Source: Pachysolen tannophilus NRRL Y-2460 (Eukaryota). From it: a stretch of 64,000 nt of DNA. A model generated the notes under the pieces. That model was not told the origin of the DNA and made no database searches. It was given only the letters and a program-made list of their open reading frames with translations. Where the stretch lies: positions 794,924 to 858,923 of the forward strand of contig KV454015.1 of NCBI GenBank assembly GCA_001661245.1, written 5' to 3'. Position numbers and translations under genes: made by a program. This document shows positions 38,523 to 50,889 of the stretch, piece by piece (the stretch's first letter is position 1; the number at the start of each line of letters is the position of its first letter).

Positions 38523-38647
38523 CGATATACTTTTTTACATCTTTTCAGAGTATAATTGTTGATTTTGAAATTTACCCAAAAGGGATAAAACAAAAAAAAA
38601 ACAAAAAAAACGAAAACAATAAAAAATAAAAAAAAAAAGGCGCGAAA
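38196..38647. promoter_or_regulatory. MCB (ACGCGT, 38196-38201) and SCB (CGCGAAA, 38641-38647) G1/S elements upstream of CLA4
   Basis: Exact consensus matches in very AT-rich DNA. Confidence 0.45.
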
Positions 38648-39125
38648 CGTAAATAAAAGAGAAAACTCATAGTAATTATAGTCTAAAACCAAATTCTCTC
38701 TTTTTTTTTTCGATGTATAATTCTAATTTTCTAATAAAACGCATTTTTTAATAATAATACTTTTTTTTATATTTTTTTTATTTTTTTTTTTCTTTGTTAT
38801 ATATGTTTAATTGATTTGTTAATCGATCAAGACTATAGCGCCCATTGCTAGTATCTTTAAATATATAAATATATATATATCATTATATATATATATATAT
38901 ATTTATTTATTTATTTATGTTTTCAATTTTCTATTTCATTGTCTAAGCATTTTGTTCCAAGATTTTCATTTAAAAATATCTGATTTTTGAAACACATATT
39001 GTTAAAGCGTAGTTATCATTGCTACCAAAAAAGAAAAGAAAGAAAATAAATTAAAAATTAAAAATTAAGAAAAAAAAATTAAAATTGCCCGCGATTAGAA
39101 AACCATTGCAAGCAAATTAGACTAG

Positions 39126-42100
39126 ATGTCTCTTTCAGCAGCTGCTTCTTCAAATTTTAATCAGCCAGATAGTTTTTCAAATCCAGGAAGACCACCGAAA
39201 CCGCCTTTGGAGCAAACGCCATTACATCATCAGCGTAACGCCCACGCTCTATCGGATTCGGATTCTTTCGTTTCTCCATATAATAATAAAAGTAATAAGC
39301 GCGTAGCGCCAATGGCCACCATGAAAACATCATTAAGTCATAATAATAATAATAATAATAATGGTGGTGGTAGTGCTAGTGGTAATGGTAATCATCATCA
39401 TATTCATAAAGGAAGAGAAGGATATATTCATGTAAAAGATGAAGGTATTATGTCATTTCGATGGCCTAAAAGGTATTTGGCTTTAAATCAGACAACTTTA
39501 GATTTTTATAAAAATGATGCTAAAGATGAAATCTCATTATCAATACCATTAATTAATATCACAAATTTAACAAGAAATCAAGTTAGACCTTTTTGTTTTG
39601 AAATACTTAGATCTCATAATCAAAAATCTATATTTGTTTCAGTAAAATCAGATAATGATCTTTATGGTTGGATAGATGCAATTTTTGCTAAATGTGGAGG
39701 GGATATTGGAGGATTATCAGGAAAGAAAGGAATTGTTACTGGAGGGATGGGGTCAGCAATTGGAGCAGTTCATCATCATAGCAATCTGAGTGGATCTTCT
39801 TTAAGCTCTGCTGTTTCAAATCCAACAAATTTTACACACAAGGTTCATGTAGGATTTGATCCAGCAAGTGGTGCATTTACAGGTTTACCAGATGAATGGA
39901 AAGCCTTGTTAAAACATTCTCATATTACCAGTGAAGATTGGAATAAAGATCCAGGAGCGGTAATAACCGCATTACAATTCATTTCTCATCAGAATAATAA
40001 CGATGATGATATGGATTTGAGTTATTACACAGATAACACCAACACTAATATTAACAATAATATTAATGGTAGTGGTAGTGGCATTGGCATTGGTAGTGGC
40101 AGCGGTAGTGCTAGTGGAAGTGCCAGTGGAAGTGCTGGTGGTAGTGGTAACGGAAGTAGTACTAATTTACCATCTTCTTCATTGATAACTCATCAGAAAA
40201 AACGGCACAATCAATCAAATAACTCGTCTTTAGAAGAAAAAGATCAAATGCTTAATGCTAAATTGAGTGAATGGACAAAAGCTCCAACTAAAAATGGATT
40301 AATAACTTCTTCTGGGTTATTAGATGATTCAAAGAAAAATTTCACACCTATAAGAAAAGCACCACCTCCTCCAGGAGTTCATCCAAATTCTTCATCCTCA
40401 TCAAGCAACAGGTCACCTCCAAGAGTTGCACCTTATGTTACTGGTAACACTAATTCCAATTCTAATTCAAATACAAATATCAGCTCCACTGGTGCTGGAA
40501 ACAGCAATCTCAGCAATCTTAGCAAGAACAACAGTAACAATAGTGGCAGTGGTAATGATATTAATCATGAAGTTAAACAACCACATGCTGATTTAATTCC
40601 AATGAGACGTGCTCCACCTCCTCCTACTCAAAAGAGAGTTTCGCCATCTTCAGATTCTTCAACTACTACTCCAACCCTGACAACAACATTTGGGCAAAAC
40701 AAGCAAAAGCAGCAACAACAACAACAGCAACAGCAACAGCAATACACAACAGCACAGAAGCCTATTTATCAAACACCACCGAATTCTGGTCCACATCATA
40801 ATAATGTATCAAATACTCGTGAATTACAACTGAAACAACCACCTCATCATCCTTACCCACATCAACAAATTCAGCATCCTCCAATTCAACCTCGCAATAT
40901 TCATCCAAACTTGAAACTTCAAACAAATTTTCCTGGTTCATCAAATTCACCTCAACATATGTCTCCAAACTATTCAGGCAATACGACACCAATTTCGGCT
41001 ACAGCTATTGCAAACCCATATGTTATACCCCCTAAACAAACACCAACTAAAATCTCTTCGCCAGCTTCCGAGCATAGTAATTTTAGACCATATTCGCCAT
41101 ACCATAAACAACAACAATTGTCTTCTAGCAACTCACCTTCTCCTACACCGACTAAACCAATGAATAAAGGAAATATGGCTACTGCTGCTGCTGCTGCTGC
41201 AGTCTCAAAACAACAGCAACAATCTCCTGTTTTCGAAAAGCCAATGAGGCAAAAAAATGAAGAGAAGAGAGTTTCTTCAATGACCGAAGCTCAAATCATG
41301 CAAAGATTGAGATCAGTTGTTATCAATGCCGATCCTTCACCATATTTCCAAATGATTGAAAAAGCTGGACAAGGTGCCTCTGGAAGTGTTTACTTGGCCA
41401 GATCATTAAAGAGAAATGGCCTCAAAGTTGCAGTTAAACAAATGGACATTAATATTCAACCAAGAAAGGAATTGATTGTTAATGAAATCTTAGTCATGAA
41501 AGATTCACAACATAGAAACATTGTTAATTTCCTTGAAGCTTATTTAAGAGGTTCATCTGATTTATGGGTTGTTATGGAATACATGGAAGGTGGTTCTTTA
41601 ACTGATGTTATTGAACATAACGATCACTTAACAGAATCACAAATTGCATGTATATGTTTAGAAACTATTAAAGGTTTACAGCATCTTCATAGAAAACACA
41701 TCATACATAGAGATATCAAATCGGATAACGTCTTATTGAACGCAAAAGGTGATGTTAAGATAACCGATTTTGGATTCTGTGCTAAATTAACCGATCAAAG
41801 AAACAAAAGAGCAACAATGGTTGGTACACCATATTGGATGGCTCCAGAAGTTGTTAAACAGAAGGAATATGATGCAAAGATCGATATCTGGTCATTGGGT
41901 ATTATGGCAATTGAAATGATTGAAGGTGAGCCACCTTATTTGAATGAAGAACCATTAAAGGCTTTGTACTTAATTGCTACAAATGGTACACCAAAATTAA
42001 AGGATTCAGAATCATTGTCATCAGAGATCAAGAAATTTCTTTCAATTTGTTTGTGTGTCGATGTTAAGTATAGAGCAACTACTGATGAATTATTACAGCA

Positions 42101-42200
42101 TCAATTTTTGAAGACTGCTTGTCCTACAATGGAGCTTTCTAGTCTTTTAGAGTGGAAAAACAATCCAAATGAAAGACCTATAGATGATAGACATGACTAA
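39126..42200 (+). CDS. CLA4: PAK kinase Cla4 (PH, CRIB and kinase domains)
   Basis: PH domain, CRIB VSNPTNFTHKVHVGFD, and kinase motifs AGQGASGSV, HRDIKSDN and MVGTPYWMAPEVVKQKEY. Confidence 0.93.
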   Translation: MSLSAAASSNFNQPDSFSNPGRPPKPPLEQTPLHHQRNAHALSDSDSFVSPYNNKSNKRVAPMATMKTSLSHNNNNNNNGGGSASGNGNHHHIHKGREGYIHVKDEGIMSFRWPKRYLALNQTTLDFYKNDAKDEISLSIPLINITNLTRNQVRPFCFEILRSHNQKSIFVSVKSDNDLYGWIDAIFAKCGGDIGGLSGKKGIVTGGMGSAIGAVHHHSNLSGSSLSSAVSNPTNFTHKVHVGFDPASGAFTGLPDEWKALLKHSHITSEDWNKDPGAVITALQFISHQNNNDDDMDLSYYTDNTNTNINNNINGSGSGIGIGSGSGSASGSASGSAGGSGNGSSTNLPSSSLITHQKKRHNQSNNSSLEEKDQMLNAKLSEWTKAPTKNGLITSSGLLDDSKKNFTPIRKAPPPPGVHPNSSSSSSNRSPPRVAPYVTGNTNSNSNSNTNISSTGAGNSNLSNLSKNNSNNSGSGNDINHEVKQPHADLIPMRRAPPPPTQKRVSPSSDSSTTTPTLTTTFGQNKQKQQQQQQQQQQQYTTAQKPIYQTPPNSGPHHNNVSNTRELQLKQPPHHPYPHQQIQHPPIQPRNIHPNLKLQTNFPGSSNSPQHMSPNYSGNTTPISATAIANPYVIPPKQTPTKISSPASEHSNFRPYSPYHKQQQLSSSNSPSPTPTKPMNKGNMATAAAAAAVSKQQQQSPVFEKPMRQKNEEKRVSSMTEAQIMQRLRSVVINADPSPYFQMIEKAGQGASGSVYLARSLKRNGLKVAVKQMDINIQPRKELIVNEILVMKDSQHRNIVNFLEAYLRGSSDLWVVMEYMEGGSLTDVIEHNDHLTESQIACICLETIKGLQHLHRKHIIHRDIKSDNVLLNAKGDVKITDFGFCAKLTDQRNKRATMVGTPYWMAPEVVKQKEYDAKIDIWSLGIMAIEMIEGEPPYLNEEPLKALYLIATNGTPKLKDSESLSSEIKKFLSICLCVDVKYRATTDELLQHQFLKTACPTMELSSLLEWKNNPNERPIDDRHD

Positions 42201-42439
42201 ATTATCATATTATTACGGGGGAAAATATAAACTTTACAGGACTTGAATCTTTTCTTTTTAATAGGGACTTAATTCATATTGAGTTTTTTTATTTTATTTT
42301 CTTTTAATAGTTAGATTTCAAAAATGACGTTAAATATACATTAATCCATAAACTAACTGTAATGTCTTTCTCTATATGAAAGCAGAGCTACCACCAAAAA
42401 AAAGTTTTTCAAATAAATAATGCAAAACTATACTTTTAT

Positions 42440-43423
42440 CTATTCCAATTTATAAGACAGTTTTCTACTCAAATAATTAACAAAATATTCGTAAACCCAT
42501 AACGAAATTGCACTTGTAGGTCCACTTTTTAGCAATGCAGGTGTTAACCCATGAAATAAACCTAAGAATCCTTCATATTTCAAAATAGAAAAAAACATAG
42601 TAAATGGTGTAATTTTCAGATCATGCAGTAATTGCAATCTTTTGCGAATAACATCTAACGGAAAAATACATAACTTAGAAAACAGTCCTGCTAAAAATCC
42701 ACAAGTGGGCTCAATGAAACTGATCTCTTCGTTTCTAGCAAAATCCCGCAAGACTTCATAAGTAGAAAACATTATCCCTGTGGAAAGAGTGACTGAAAGT
42801 AAAGCTGGGTTAATTCCTCCGTAAAAAGCAAGATAACCTTCTTTTCTATAAATTTCCGAAATTGTATGAAACAACTTTAGAGTAGATTGTGATTCATTAG
42901 AGGCAAATCTAGTTCTCAAGACATCAAATGGATAACTTATAAACATACTCAACGAACCAGCCAGGGAACCTGTCATTAGTGAATGTACAGATGCTGATAA
43001 TTTAACATCTGTTTTGTCTTCCAAATCTGAAAAAAGTTTGTTGAATACAGAATATGAGGTGAATTGTGATGAACCATATATGGCATACATTATTGAAGCC
43101 GGTACATTTCCCTTCCATAATGAGAAAAAACCTTCATTCTTAACAATGGCTGTGAAAGTTCCGATTATTCCTCTATATTTAACCTTTTGATTTTCTTGTT
43201 TAAAATGATTTTTTTTCACATACTGCAATTGTAATCTAATCTTAATTATATCCAAAGGTGCCATTACTGTTCGAGCAATAATCCCAGATATTGAGCCAGA
43301 TACTGCTGCAATCGGAGCCGAGACCGTAATACCTTGTTGAAGATGGTCTTCATGTTGTTTGATGTAATCGTTTTTACTATTGCTATTATTATCGCTTGTA
43401 GTGGAATTTGAAATCTGAGACAT
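42440..43423 (-). CDS. TPC1: Mitochondrial thiamine pyrophosphate carrier
   Basis: Three PxDxxKxR-type carrier repeats; WKGNVPASIMYAIYGSSQF resembles Tpc1. Confidence 0.82.
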   Translation of the reverse strand: MSQISNSTTSDNNSNSKNDYIKQHEDHLQQGITVSAPIAAVSGSISGIIARTVMAPLDIIKIRLQLQYVKKNHFKQENQKVKYRGIIGTFTAIVKNEGFFSLWKGNVPASIMYAIYGSSQFTSYSVFNKLFSDLEDKTDVKLSASVHSLMTGSLAGSLSMFISYPFDVLRTRFASNESQSTLKLFHTISEIYRKEGYLAFYGGINPALLSVTLSTGIMFSTYEVLRDFARNEEISFIEPTCGFLAGLFSKLCIFPLDVIRKRLQLLHDLKITPFTMFFSILKYEGFLGLFHGLTPALLKSGPTSAISLWVYEYFVNYLSRKLSYKLE

Positions 43424-43715
43424 ATACAAATATTATAACGTTTTATACCATGAAGTCTCAAAATAAATTAAATTGTAATTTTATTATTTCTCTCTGGTAT
43501 TATGACCAAAGCATTACCTTTCCTTTAAAATCTATAAACTTGTACTAAAGCAAAAAAATTTTAATATAAATACAATATTTTAAACATAATATATATTTTT
43601 CAATGCAAAATACAAATGCACAAAAAAAAAAAAAAGAAAAAAAAAATTTCGGGGAACAAACCAAAGGAAAGCGGAGTCTGTTCAAAGCCCTATCAGCAGT
43701 TCTGATGAACAGTTG

Positions 43716-45195
43716 TTATCTCTTCAACCTTTTCAAAGAATTACTATTTGAATAGGTGTCACTTTCACTATCATGGGCTCTTTTCAAATTTTCTAATCTA
43801 TGTTTATCTGTAAACCATCTACTGCTATTCTCGTTATTATTTGACAGTTCTAATTGTTTAGCATCTGGATTTGCGAAAAATAAGGTATCATCGTTATTTT
43901 CAATTAAACCAGTACCGTTATGAGAGTTATTCAGTAATCTGTTAGCCATGGATTTGGACATTTTAGCCTTGTTTGCAGTACTAGCAGTAACAGCTCTAAC
44001 ACCAGTTCCAGATGATTTCCCAGCCATTCCCATTCCAATTTCTTGTCCAAAAGCATCATAGATCACTTCTTCTTTTGCTCCAAAGGCCATCCTATTTTGT
44101 GCCTTTTGTAAATCAGACATTTCAAATTGTTTTTTAAATTTGGTAAATCTTTTACCACTTCTCTTTTTAGATTTTTTATCAATTGGTATTGGTAAAGGTT
44201 TGACACCATTGTTTTCTGGAGGAATCTGTAATTTCTCTAATTTAGTTAAAATTTCATCTTTATACTGTACTCCCAAATTACCATCTCTATGGCTTTTGGA
44301 CAAATCTATACGAGCAGCTAATACGATTTTCCCACTTAGCATTCTTAATGCCTGTTTCCTATAATCATCAGGTATCTGTTGAATTAATTCGTGATAATAT
44401 AAGATTCCTTGTAATCGTATCCCAACTTGTCCAAATCCTATACCTACTTGTCTTTTATTCCCTATTGCCGGTATATTACATGATGGTGTACTCGATAAGT
44501 TCAGTAAACCTCCTACAGCTGACATTAATTGAGCTGAAATATGAGCACCAACTAAAGAAGTCAAATTGGGAGCAAATTTCGATAACCTTGAAGATACATA
44601 ATTAGTAATCTTAGTCTTTGATGCATCCAACCATAATAATAAATCGCAAGCATTGATTATTGTTTCCAATTCTTCCTCTGATAATGAAAGATGAAGATTT
44701 TGTTGTTCTTGTAAAGACGCACTCATTGTTACAACCAATATTTTTTCTGAAGTTAAAAATGACTTTAACTGGTCTTCATGTTTTTTTAAATTTATATCCA
44801 AATTATTTCCCAATAATTTGACAGTTTTAGCATAGTCTACAGGATTTGTTATTAATGATGAAAGTTCAGGGAATCTTGGAGTATAACGTATTTTAATAAA
44901 ATTATGAATTAATGAAATTTCAGCTTGAATCTCTGGCGAATAGTCATTGATCTTTATTAAAAAATCGTATTCCAACTGATCATCAATACTTGTTTCTTCT
45001 GTTTCTTGTAAATATGAAATTTTTTCCAACACTGGTTTTATAATTTTCGATACTTTAGATAATTTATGAATATCCTTTAAAGTTGTTAAATCAACCCTTG
45101 ATATTAAATCCAATGTTGTAAATTCTTTTCCTTGAGATATAAAATTTTTCAAATTCAGTGATAAATCATCACCATTGATATCTTTCATCCTTATG

Positions 45196-45226
<31 letters not shown>

Positions 45227-45353
45227 TATGAATTTTACCTTCTTCACCTTCATCTCCACTTTTAGTTTCTACTTGAATGTTGTCGCTATTATCATTATTA
45301 TCATCCTCTTGTTCATCATCGCTTGATCCCAATAACTCATGTACAAATGACAT
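43716..45353 (-). CDS. PRP31: U4/U6 snRNP protein Prp31
   Basis: Nop domain (RFPELSSLI, APNLTSLVG, PSCNIPAIG, LAARID), KPLPIP and QNRMAFG. Confidence 0.95.
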
Positions 45354-45524
45354 TGATGATATTCCTACTAAACTTTTTTGTTTAAATGATAAACTATTTA
45401 AAAGATGATTATTATTATTATTATTATTTTTCTTTTAATTTTTTTTATTATTTTATTCTCTTTTTTTTTTCTTTTCAGGTTTTTTTCAAATTACTAAAAA
45501 GTTTCCAAAGTTTTCAAAGATTTT

Positions 45525-46193
45525 ATGTCAATAGATCCTACTAGCAAGAGAGATATTCAAATATCGAAGGCTTTGTCTTATCTATTGAGACATGGTGCTT
45601 TAAAGGAAAAATTGGACATTGATAAAGACGGATATATTGCACTTGATGATATCTTGAGTCATAATAGGATTAAATCACATAGAGCAACATTTGAAGATAT
45701 CAAGAGAATAGTTGATAGTAATGATAAGCAGAGATTTACTTTAAGACGAGGACATGATGGGGATGGTGAACATAAAAAGTATTATATATGTGCAAATCAA
45801 GGGCATTCGATTGAATCTGTTACACAAGATGAACAATTAATATTATTATCAAAAAAATCACAATTTCCCAAAATTATAGTTCATGGTACTTATACATCGA
45901 AATTACTATTAATATTACAATCTGGAGGTTTATCTAAGATGTCAAGAAATCATATTCATTTTGCTATTGGGTTACCAAATGAAGAAAAAGTTATAAGTGG
46001 TATTAGACAAAATTGTGATGTCTTAATCTATTTAGATATAGATAAATTACTCAACTCAAATGAACAAAACATCAAATTTTTCATGAGTAAAAATAATGTT
46101 GTGCTATCAGAGGGAAATGAACAAGGTATCATACCTGTTGAATTTTTTGCCAAAATATGCGATAGAAACGGTAATATAATAATGATCCCTTAA
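45525..46193 (+). CDS. TPT1: tRNA 2'-phosphotransferase
   Basis: SKALSYLLRHGA, NDKQRF, ICANQGHSI, HGT and MSRNHIHF. Confidence 0.96.
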   Translation: MSIDPTSKRDIQISKALSYLLRHGALKEKLDIDKDGYIALDDILSHNRIKSHRATFEDIKRIVDSNDKQRFTLRRGHDGDGEHKKYYICANQGHSIESVTQDEQLILLSKKSQFPKIIVHGTYTSKLLLILQSGGLSKMSRNHIHFAIGLPNEEKVISGIRQNCDVLIYLDIDKLLNSNEQNIKFFMSKNNVVLSEGNEQGIIPVEFFAKICDRNGNIIMIP

Positions 46194-46289
46194 GCTTGAT
46201 TTAAAAAAAAAAAAAAAGAAAACTATATACAAAAATAACAAATGAAAAAATAAAAATTAAAAGAATTTACTTTAGTTCTTTTTTTTTTC

Positions 46290-46743
46290 CTAAGTTGTCT
46301 TTTCTTTCATAATACTCTTTCCACAACAACCACCCATTCCTGCACCGGATGGGTTACCTAACGTACTTCTTTTCTTTTTGATACTATCGTTATCACCTAG
46401 CTCTGTATCTTTATGAATATTTAAAGCATATCTATTACCATCTTTTCTTTTTCCTTGAACAATATTTTTTCTCAAGAAAGCCAGTACTTGGGATAAATGT
46501 TCGATTCTTTGCTCCTGGGTTTTACCTTCATATTCCTTAGCTCTCATTCCTGCTCTTATCTGGTTTCTAGCTGCTGTGAGTGTGGAAATATCACCTGAAA
46601 ATAAAAAAAAGAAATAAAGTTAGCAAAATATACTACTAATATATAAATTAAAATCCATAAATATATAACTTACCATCAAATGCTATTCTTGTTGCTCTTA
46701 AAGCACTTCTATATGCTTTCAATGCAGCCGCTGAAGAGGACAT
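46290..46743 (-). CDS. MZM1: LYR-motif protein Mzm1, 2 exons (46743-46674, 46594-46290)
   Basis: Intron 46673-46595 (GTAAGT..TGCTAAC..CAG). The product is MSSSAAALKAYRSALRATRIAFDGDISTLTAAR...FLRKNIVQG...LNIHKDTELGDNDSIK. Confidence 0.92.
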
Positions 46744-47203
46744 GTTTCACTGATACCAAAATCTAAATATAAAAAAAGTTAAGAAGAAGATGAATCCTTT
46801 TAATCAACTTAAAAGTAATTAAAATAATCTACTTTTTAAAGATTTTTTATGGATTAAATAGAGCCCAAAAGAAAGAAAAAGAAAAAGAAAAGAAAAAATT
46901 AGTATGACAGTGGCTGAAATATACCTAAATCTTACAAAATTACCTAACACAGATGGCAGTGGCTGGTGGAACATTGGGTATTACTAAATTAGGAAAGTAC
47001 AAAAGATCTATGTGGCTACTGCTTTTTTTTGTAAAAAAAAAAAAAATAAACATTTATAGGTCGTGTGCACTACCACCAATTACCCTTTTTTTTTTTCTTA
47101 TTTTTTTAGTGTGTAAAAAATTTTGTTTTTGGTACTAAACATTATGCAATTTCTTATTTGCTTTGCATAATCTTGCATTGTTTTTTTCGGTACTTTAAGA
47201 CTA

Positions 47204-47311
47204 AATGTGGTATAAAAGAGCCACAGTTTGTGGGGGATGTACTCTTGTCGACTTCCTAGATTAATGAGTTATTTTTTAACAACCACAACTTTCAAATTAA
47301 CAACCACAGTT
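47204..47311. promoter_or_regulatory. Cluster of Met31/Met32-type sites upstream of the sulfonate dioxygenase
   Basis: CCACAGTT at 47221-47228 and 47304-47311, with variants AATGTGG (47204) and CCACAAC (47283); fits a sulfur-starvation gene. Confidence 0.65.
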
Positions 47312-47542
47312 GAAATGATACTAATTGCTGTTGGTTGACTTTAACGTGACTTAGCATTATCTTAAAAAAATCTTTTAACTTTTCTTATTTACCGGTATAT
47401 AAATGAATTATAAATTGAAACTTTCCCAACTCTTTTCTAGTCTTTACTAAAAGAGATTTCGAAATTTTATTGTATTATCTTTATTCTTTTTTTTTTTTTT
47501 TTTGGTTTTTCTTAGATTAGTTCAGATTTCCAAAATAAGAAA

Positions 47543-48751
47543 ATGGCACCAATTGCAGTAGACGCAACAGAAAAGCTTGAACATATTCAAAATCTTGATT
47601 TTCATGTTAGAAAATCTGAATCTCAAGTTACAAAAGAAGGTGTTGTTAAAGTTTCTGAAGATCAAAGAAAACTGTCAAAATATCCTGAATTTTTACCTTC
47701 ATGGGATCCAAATCAAAAATATCCTGCTTTAAAACCTTTTAAACATAAAGATCGTGCATTTGATGGTGATTCGAATTATAAAAATCTTTTCCCAAATGGT
47801 TTGGAATCAATTGCACATTCAAATCTTACACCAAAGTTAGGTACAGAAATTAAAGATCCAAATTTTCAATTATCTCAATTGACAGATGCTCAAAAAAATG
47901 ATTTGGCCTTGCTTGTTGAAAGACGTGGTGTTGTTGTCTTTAGAGATCAAGATTTTAAAGATAAAGGACCAGCATTTGCTAAGCAATGGGGGAGTTATTT
48001 TGGTCCTTTACATATCCATCCAACAAGTGGTGCACCAGAAGGTTTCCCGGAATTACACATCACTTATAGAAAATCTAATGAACTGTTACAACAAAAGTTA
48101 TTAGAAAGTACAACAAATACAATTGCTTGGCATTCTGATGTCACTTATGAATTACAACCTCCAGGTGTAACTGCATTTGTCCAATTAGATGGTCCAAATA
48201 CTGGAGGTGATACTATATTTGTTGATTGTGTTGAAGCTTATGAAAGACTTTCTCCAACATTCCAAAAAATGTTGGATGGTTTGAAAGTTATTCATTCTTC
48301 AGTTGATCAAGCTAATGATTCTGCTAAAAATGGAGGAATTGAAAGAAGAGCTCATGTTAATTCAATTCATCCTTTGGTTAGATATCATCCTGTATTGAAA
48401 AAAAAATGTTTATTCATTCATAGAAATTTCCCAAGAAAAATTGTTGGTCTCAAAGAACAAGAAAGTGAAAATTTGATGAATTATTTAATTACACATATTG
48501 AATCCTTGTTAGATCTGCAAGTTAGAGGAAAATATGAACCAGGTACAGTTGTCTTATGGGATAATAGAAGAGTACTTCATAGTGCTGTTTTTGATTGGTT
48601 TGAACCAACAGTTAGACACTGCTTTAGAATCACACCTCAAGCTGAAAGGCCAGTTGCTTCAGAAGAAGAATTTAATGATTGGAGTGTTGAGAAAGAAGAA
48701 GAAAGTCTTAAAGAAGCTAAACGTATTTTAAATCGTTATGGTTACGAGTAA
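47543..48751 (+). CDS. JLP1: Fe(II)/2-oxoglutarate sulfonate dioxygenase (TauD/Jlp1 family)
   Basis: WHSDVTYELQPPG, GGDTIF, HPLVRYHPV and WDNRRVLH; orthology to JLP1 itself is uncertain. Confidence 0.85.
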   Translation: MAPIAVDATEKLEHIQNLDFHVRKSESQVTKEGVVKVSEDQRKLSKYPEFLPSWDPNQKYPALKPFKHKDRAFDGDSNYKNLFPNGLESIAHSNLTPKLGTEIKDPNFQLSQLTDAQKNDLALLVERRGVVVFRDQDFKDKGPAFAKQWGSYFGPLHIHPTSGAPEGFPELHITYRKSNELLQQKLLESTTNTIAWHSDVTYELQPPGVTAFVQLDGPNTGGDTIFVDCVEAYERLSPTFQKMLDGLKVIHSSVDQANDSAKNGGIERRAHVNSIHPLVRYHPVLKKKCLFIHRNFPRKIVGLKEQESENLMNYLITHIESLLDLQVRGKYEPGTVVLWDNRRVLHSAVFDWFEPTVRHCFRITPQAERPVASEEEFNDWSVEKEEESLKEAKRILNRYGYE

Positions 48752-48845
48752 ATGATAAAATAATAAATTTATAGGAGAGAGAAATGCCAATTGATTTTTT
48801 GTTATGGACTAAATAATATTATTGTACGATTATAAAATGTAAAAA

Positions 48846-48879
<34 letters not shown>

Positions 48880-48910
48880 TGTTCTAAAGTGAAAATGAGA
48901 AATTTATCTT

Positions 48911-50308
48911 TTATGTATTATTCATTTCCAGTCTTTCTTTTTTAAATTTACTAGATCTTTCTCTTATTCTTGGTTTTTTCACTTTTCCTGTTGTCTTACC
49001 TATTCCATTTTTAATACCTCTAACTCTGTCTCCCTTATGTGATCTTTGACCTTCAATTAATGTCTTACCTATTGAAGATCTACTATTCTTATTTAAAACC
49101 TTTTTAGCTCTACCAATTACAGTTTTCTCCTTTTCAGATAAATTTTTAAATTTATTTGATGTATTATTTATTTGTTGATTTTTTTTTAAATGGGACATGT
49201 TTTTACAACGAGTAATTCTTAAATTTCTTTGTTTATTTTTAGAATTTGATAATGGTGTATTATTTAATAATAATGCTTTATCAACGTTTATAGTATCTTT
49301 AAATTGTACAATGGCAAAACCTTTACCAAAATTTGTCTTTGAATCTCTTATAATTCTAACATTGTCAATTTCTCCTTCACCAATAGAATTACTGAAAAAT
49401 TTCCATAAAGTTTCTTCTTTTTCTTCAAAATCTAAATTACCAATAAATATAGATTTTTTATTATCTTGTTTTAAAGGATGAGTTAAATGATCAACTCTTA
49501 AATGATGATTTAAAAAAATTGTACCATTCAAATTTGTTGCTTTTAAAGAATCTTGTTTATTTTCAAATACAATGTATGCATTAACATTATCCTTTGTTTC
49601 AAGTAAATTTTTATGAATATATGCAACTTTTCTTGGAAGATTATCATTAAAAGAAATAGATCTAAACCTTGTTGATTCAATATTACCAAATTCTTGAAAT
49701 TTTCTTTTAAATTGTTTATAAATTTTTTTATCAGTAATAACTTGAGATGATAAATTACCAATAAATATTGTTCTCTCTGCTTTTTCAAAATCATCTTTTT
49801 TCAAATCAATAGTCTTGGCTCCAGTAGAAACAGGTTGAACAGATTCTTTTCCAATTTCTTCTTCTTCATCACTAGATTCTTCTTCAACTTTTTCCTCTTC
49901 TTGTTCTTGTTCCTCTTTCTGTTCTTTTTGCAAAAGTTTATTCAAGTAATTAGATTCCAAATCAAAATTTTCATCAACATCATCATTTTTACTCTTTTTA
50001 ACTTTCTTATGCTTTAAAACTTCTTCCTCAATGTTTTTTTCCTGAAGCACTCTTTTACCATTAGCTTTACCATCTTCTTTTCCAGATTCCAAACCTGTCT
50101 CCAATACCGGTTCTTGTTTAGAAACTACCTTCTTCCTATCAACAGCACCTGTTGAATTCTTAAACAAATTATTAATACTAGAATCAATCTGATTACCTGT
50201 TGCTGAACCAAAAATCGAAGCAATAGAACTACCACCACTGCTTTCGCTGATGTTTTCGCTAATGCTATCGTTACCACTTTCACTACTCTTCTTACTTGAT
50301 TTACCCAT
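48911..50308 (-). CDS. NOP12: Nucleolar RRM protein Nop12
   Basis: RTIFIGNL, RFRSI, HHLRVD, SIFIGNLDFEEKEE and VRIIRDSKTNFGKGFAIVQF. Confidence 0.94.
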   Translation of the reverse strand: MGKSSKKSSESGNDSISENISESSGGSSIASIFGSATGNQIDSSINNLFKNSTGAVDRKKVVSKQEPVLETGLESGKEDGKANGKRVLQEKNIEEEVLKHKKVKKSKNDDVDENFDLESNYLNKLLQKEQKEEQEQEEEKVEEESSDEEEEIGKESVQPVSTGAKTIDLKKDDFEKAERTIFIGNLSSQVITDKKIYKQFKRKFQEFGNIESTRFRSISFNDNLPRKVAYIHKNLLETKDNVNAYIVFENKQDSLKATNLNGTIFLNHHLRVDHLTHPLKQDNKKSIFIGNLDFEEKEETLWKFFSNSIGEGEIDNVRIIRDSKTNFGKGFAIVQFKDTINVDKALLLNNTPLSNSKNKQRNLRITRCKNMSHLKKNQQINNTSNKFKNLSEKEKTVIGRAKKVLNKNSRSSIGKTLIEGQRSHKGDRVRGIKNGIGKTTGKVKKPRIRERSSKFKKERLEMNNT

Positions 50309-50845
50309 CTCCTACAAACTTATATCCAATATAAATTCAAACTACTTCTCTCTAGTATAGTATATCATATATATAATGTATAGCACTTCTTTTAACTTTG
50401 TACTGAACTGCACTGTGTGAAAAAAAAAAGCAAAAAAAAAAAAATAAAAAAAATTTTTTNNNNNNNNNNNNNNNNNNNNNNNNNNNNNNNNNNNNNNNNN
50501 NNNNNNNNNNNNNNNNNNNNNNNNNNNNNNNNNNNNNNNNNNNNNNNNNNNNNNNNNNNNNNNNNNNNNNNNNNNNNNNNNNNNNNNNNNNNNNNNNNNN
50601 NNNNNNNNNNNNNNNNNNNNNNNNNNNNNNNNNNNNNNNNNNNNNNNNNNNNNNNNNNNNNNNNNNNNNNNNNNNNNNNNNNNNNNNNNNNNNNNNNNNN
50701 NNNNNNNNNNNNNNNNNNNNNNNNNNNNNNNNNNNNNNNNNNNNNNNNNNNNNNNNNNNNNNNNNNNNNNNNNNNNNNNNNNNNNNNNNNNNNNNNNNNN
50801 NNNNNNNNNNNNNNNNNNNNNNNNNNNNNNNNNNNNNNNNNNNNN

Positions 50846-50889
<44 letters not shown>

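Noticed and set aside
43692..43702. ATCAGCAGTTC resembling part of U6 snRNA
   Set aside because: No ACAGAGA box or other U6 sequence in the flanks; chance match.
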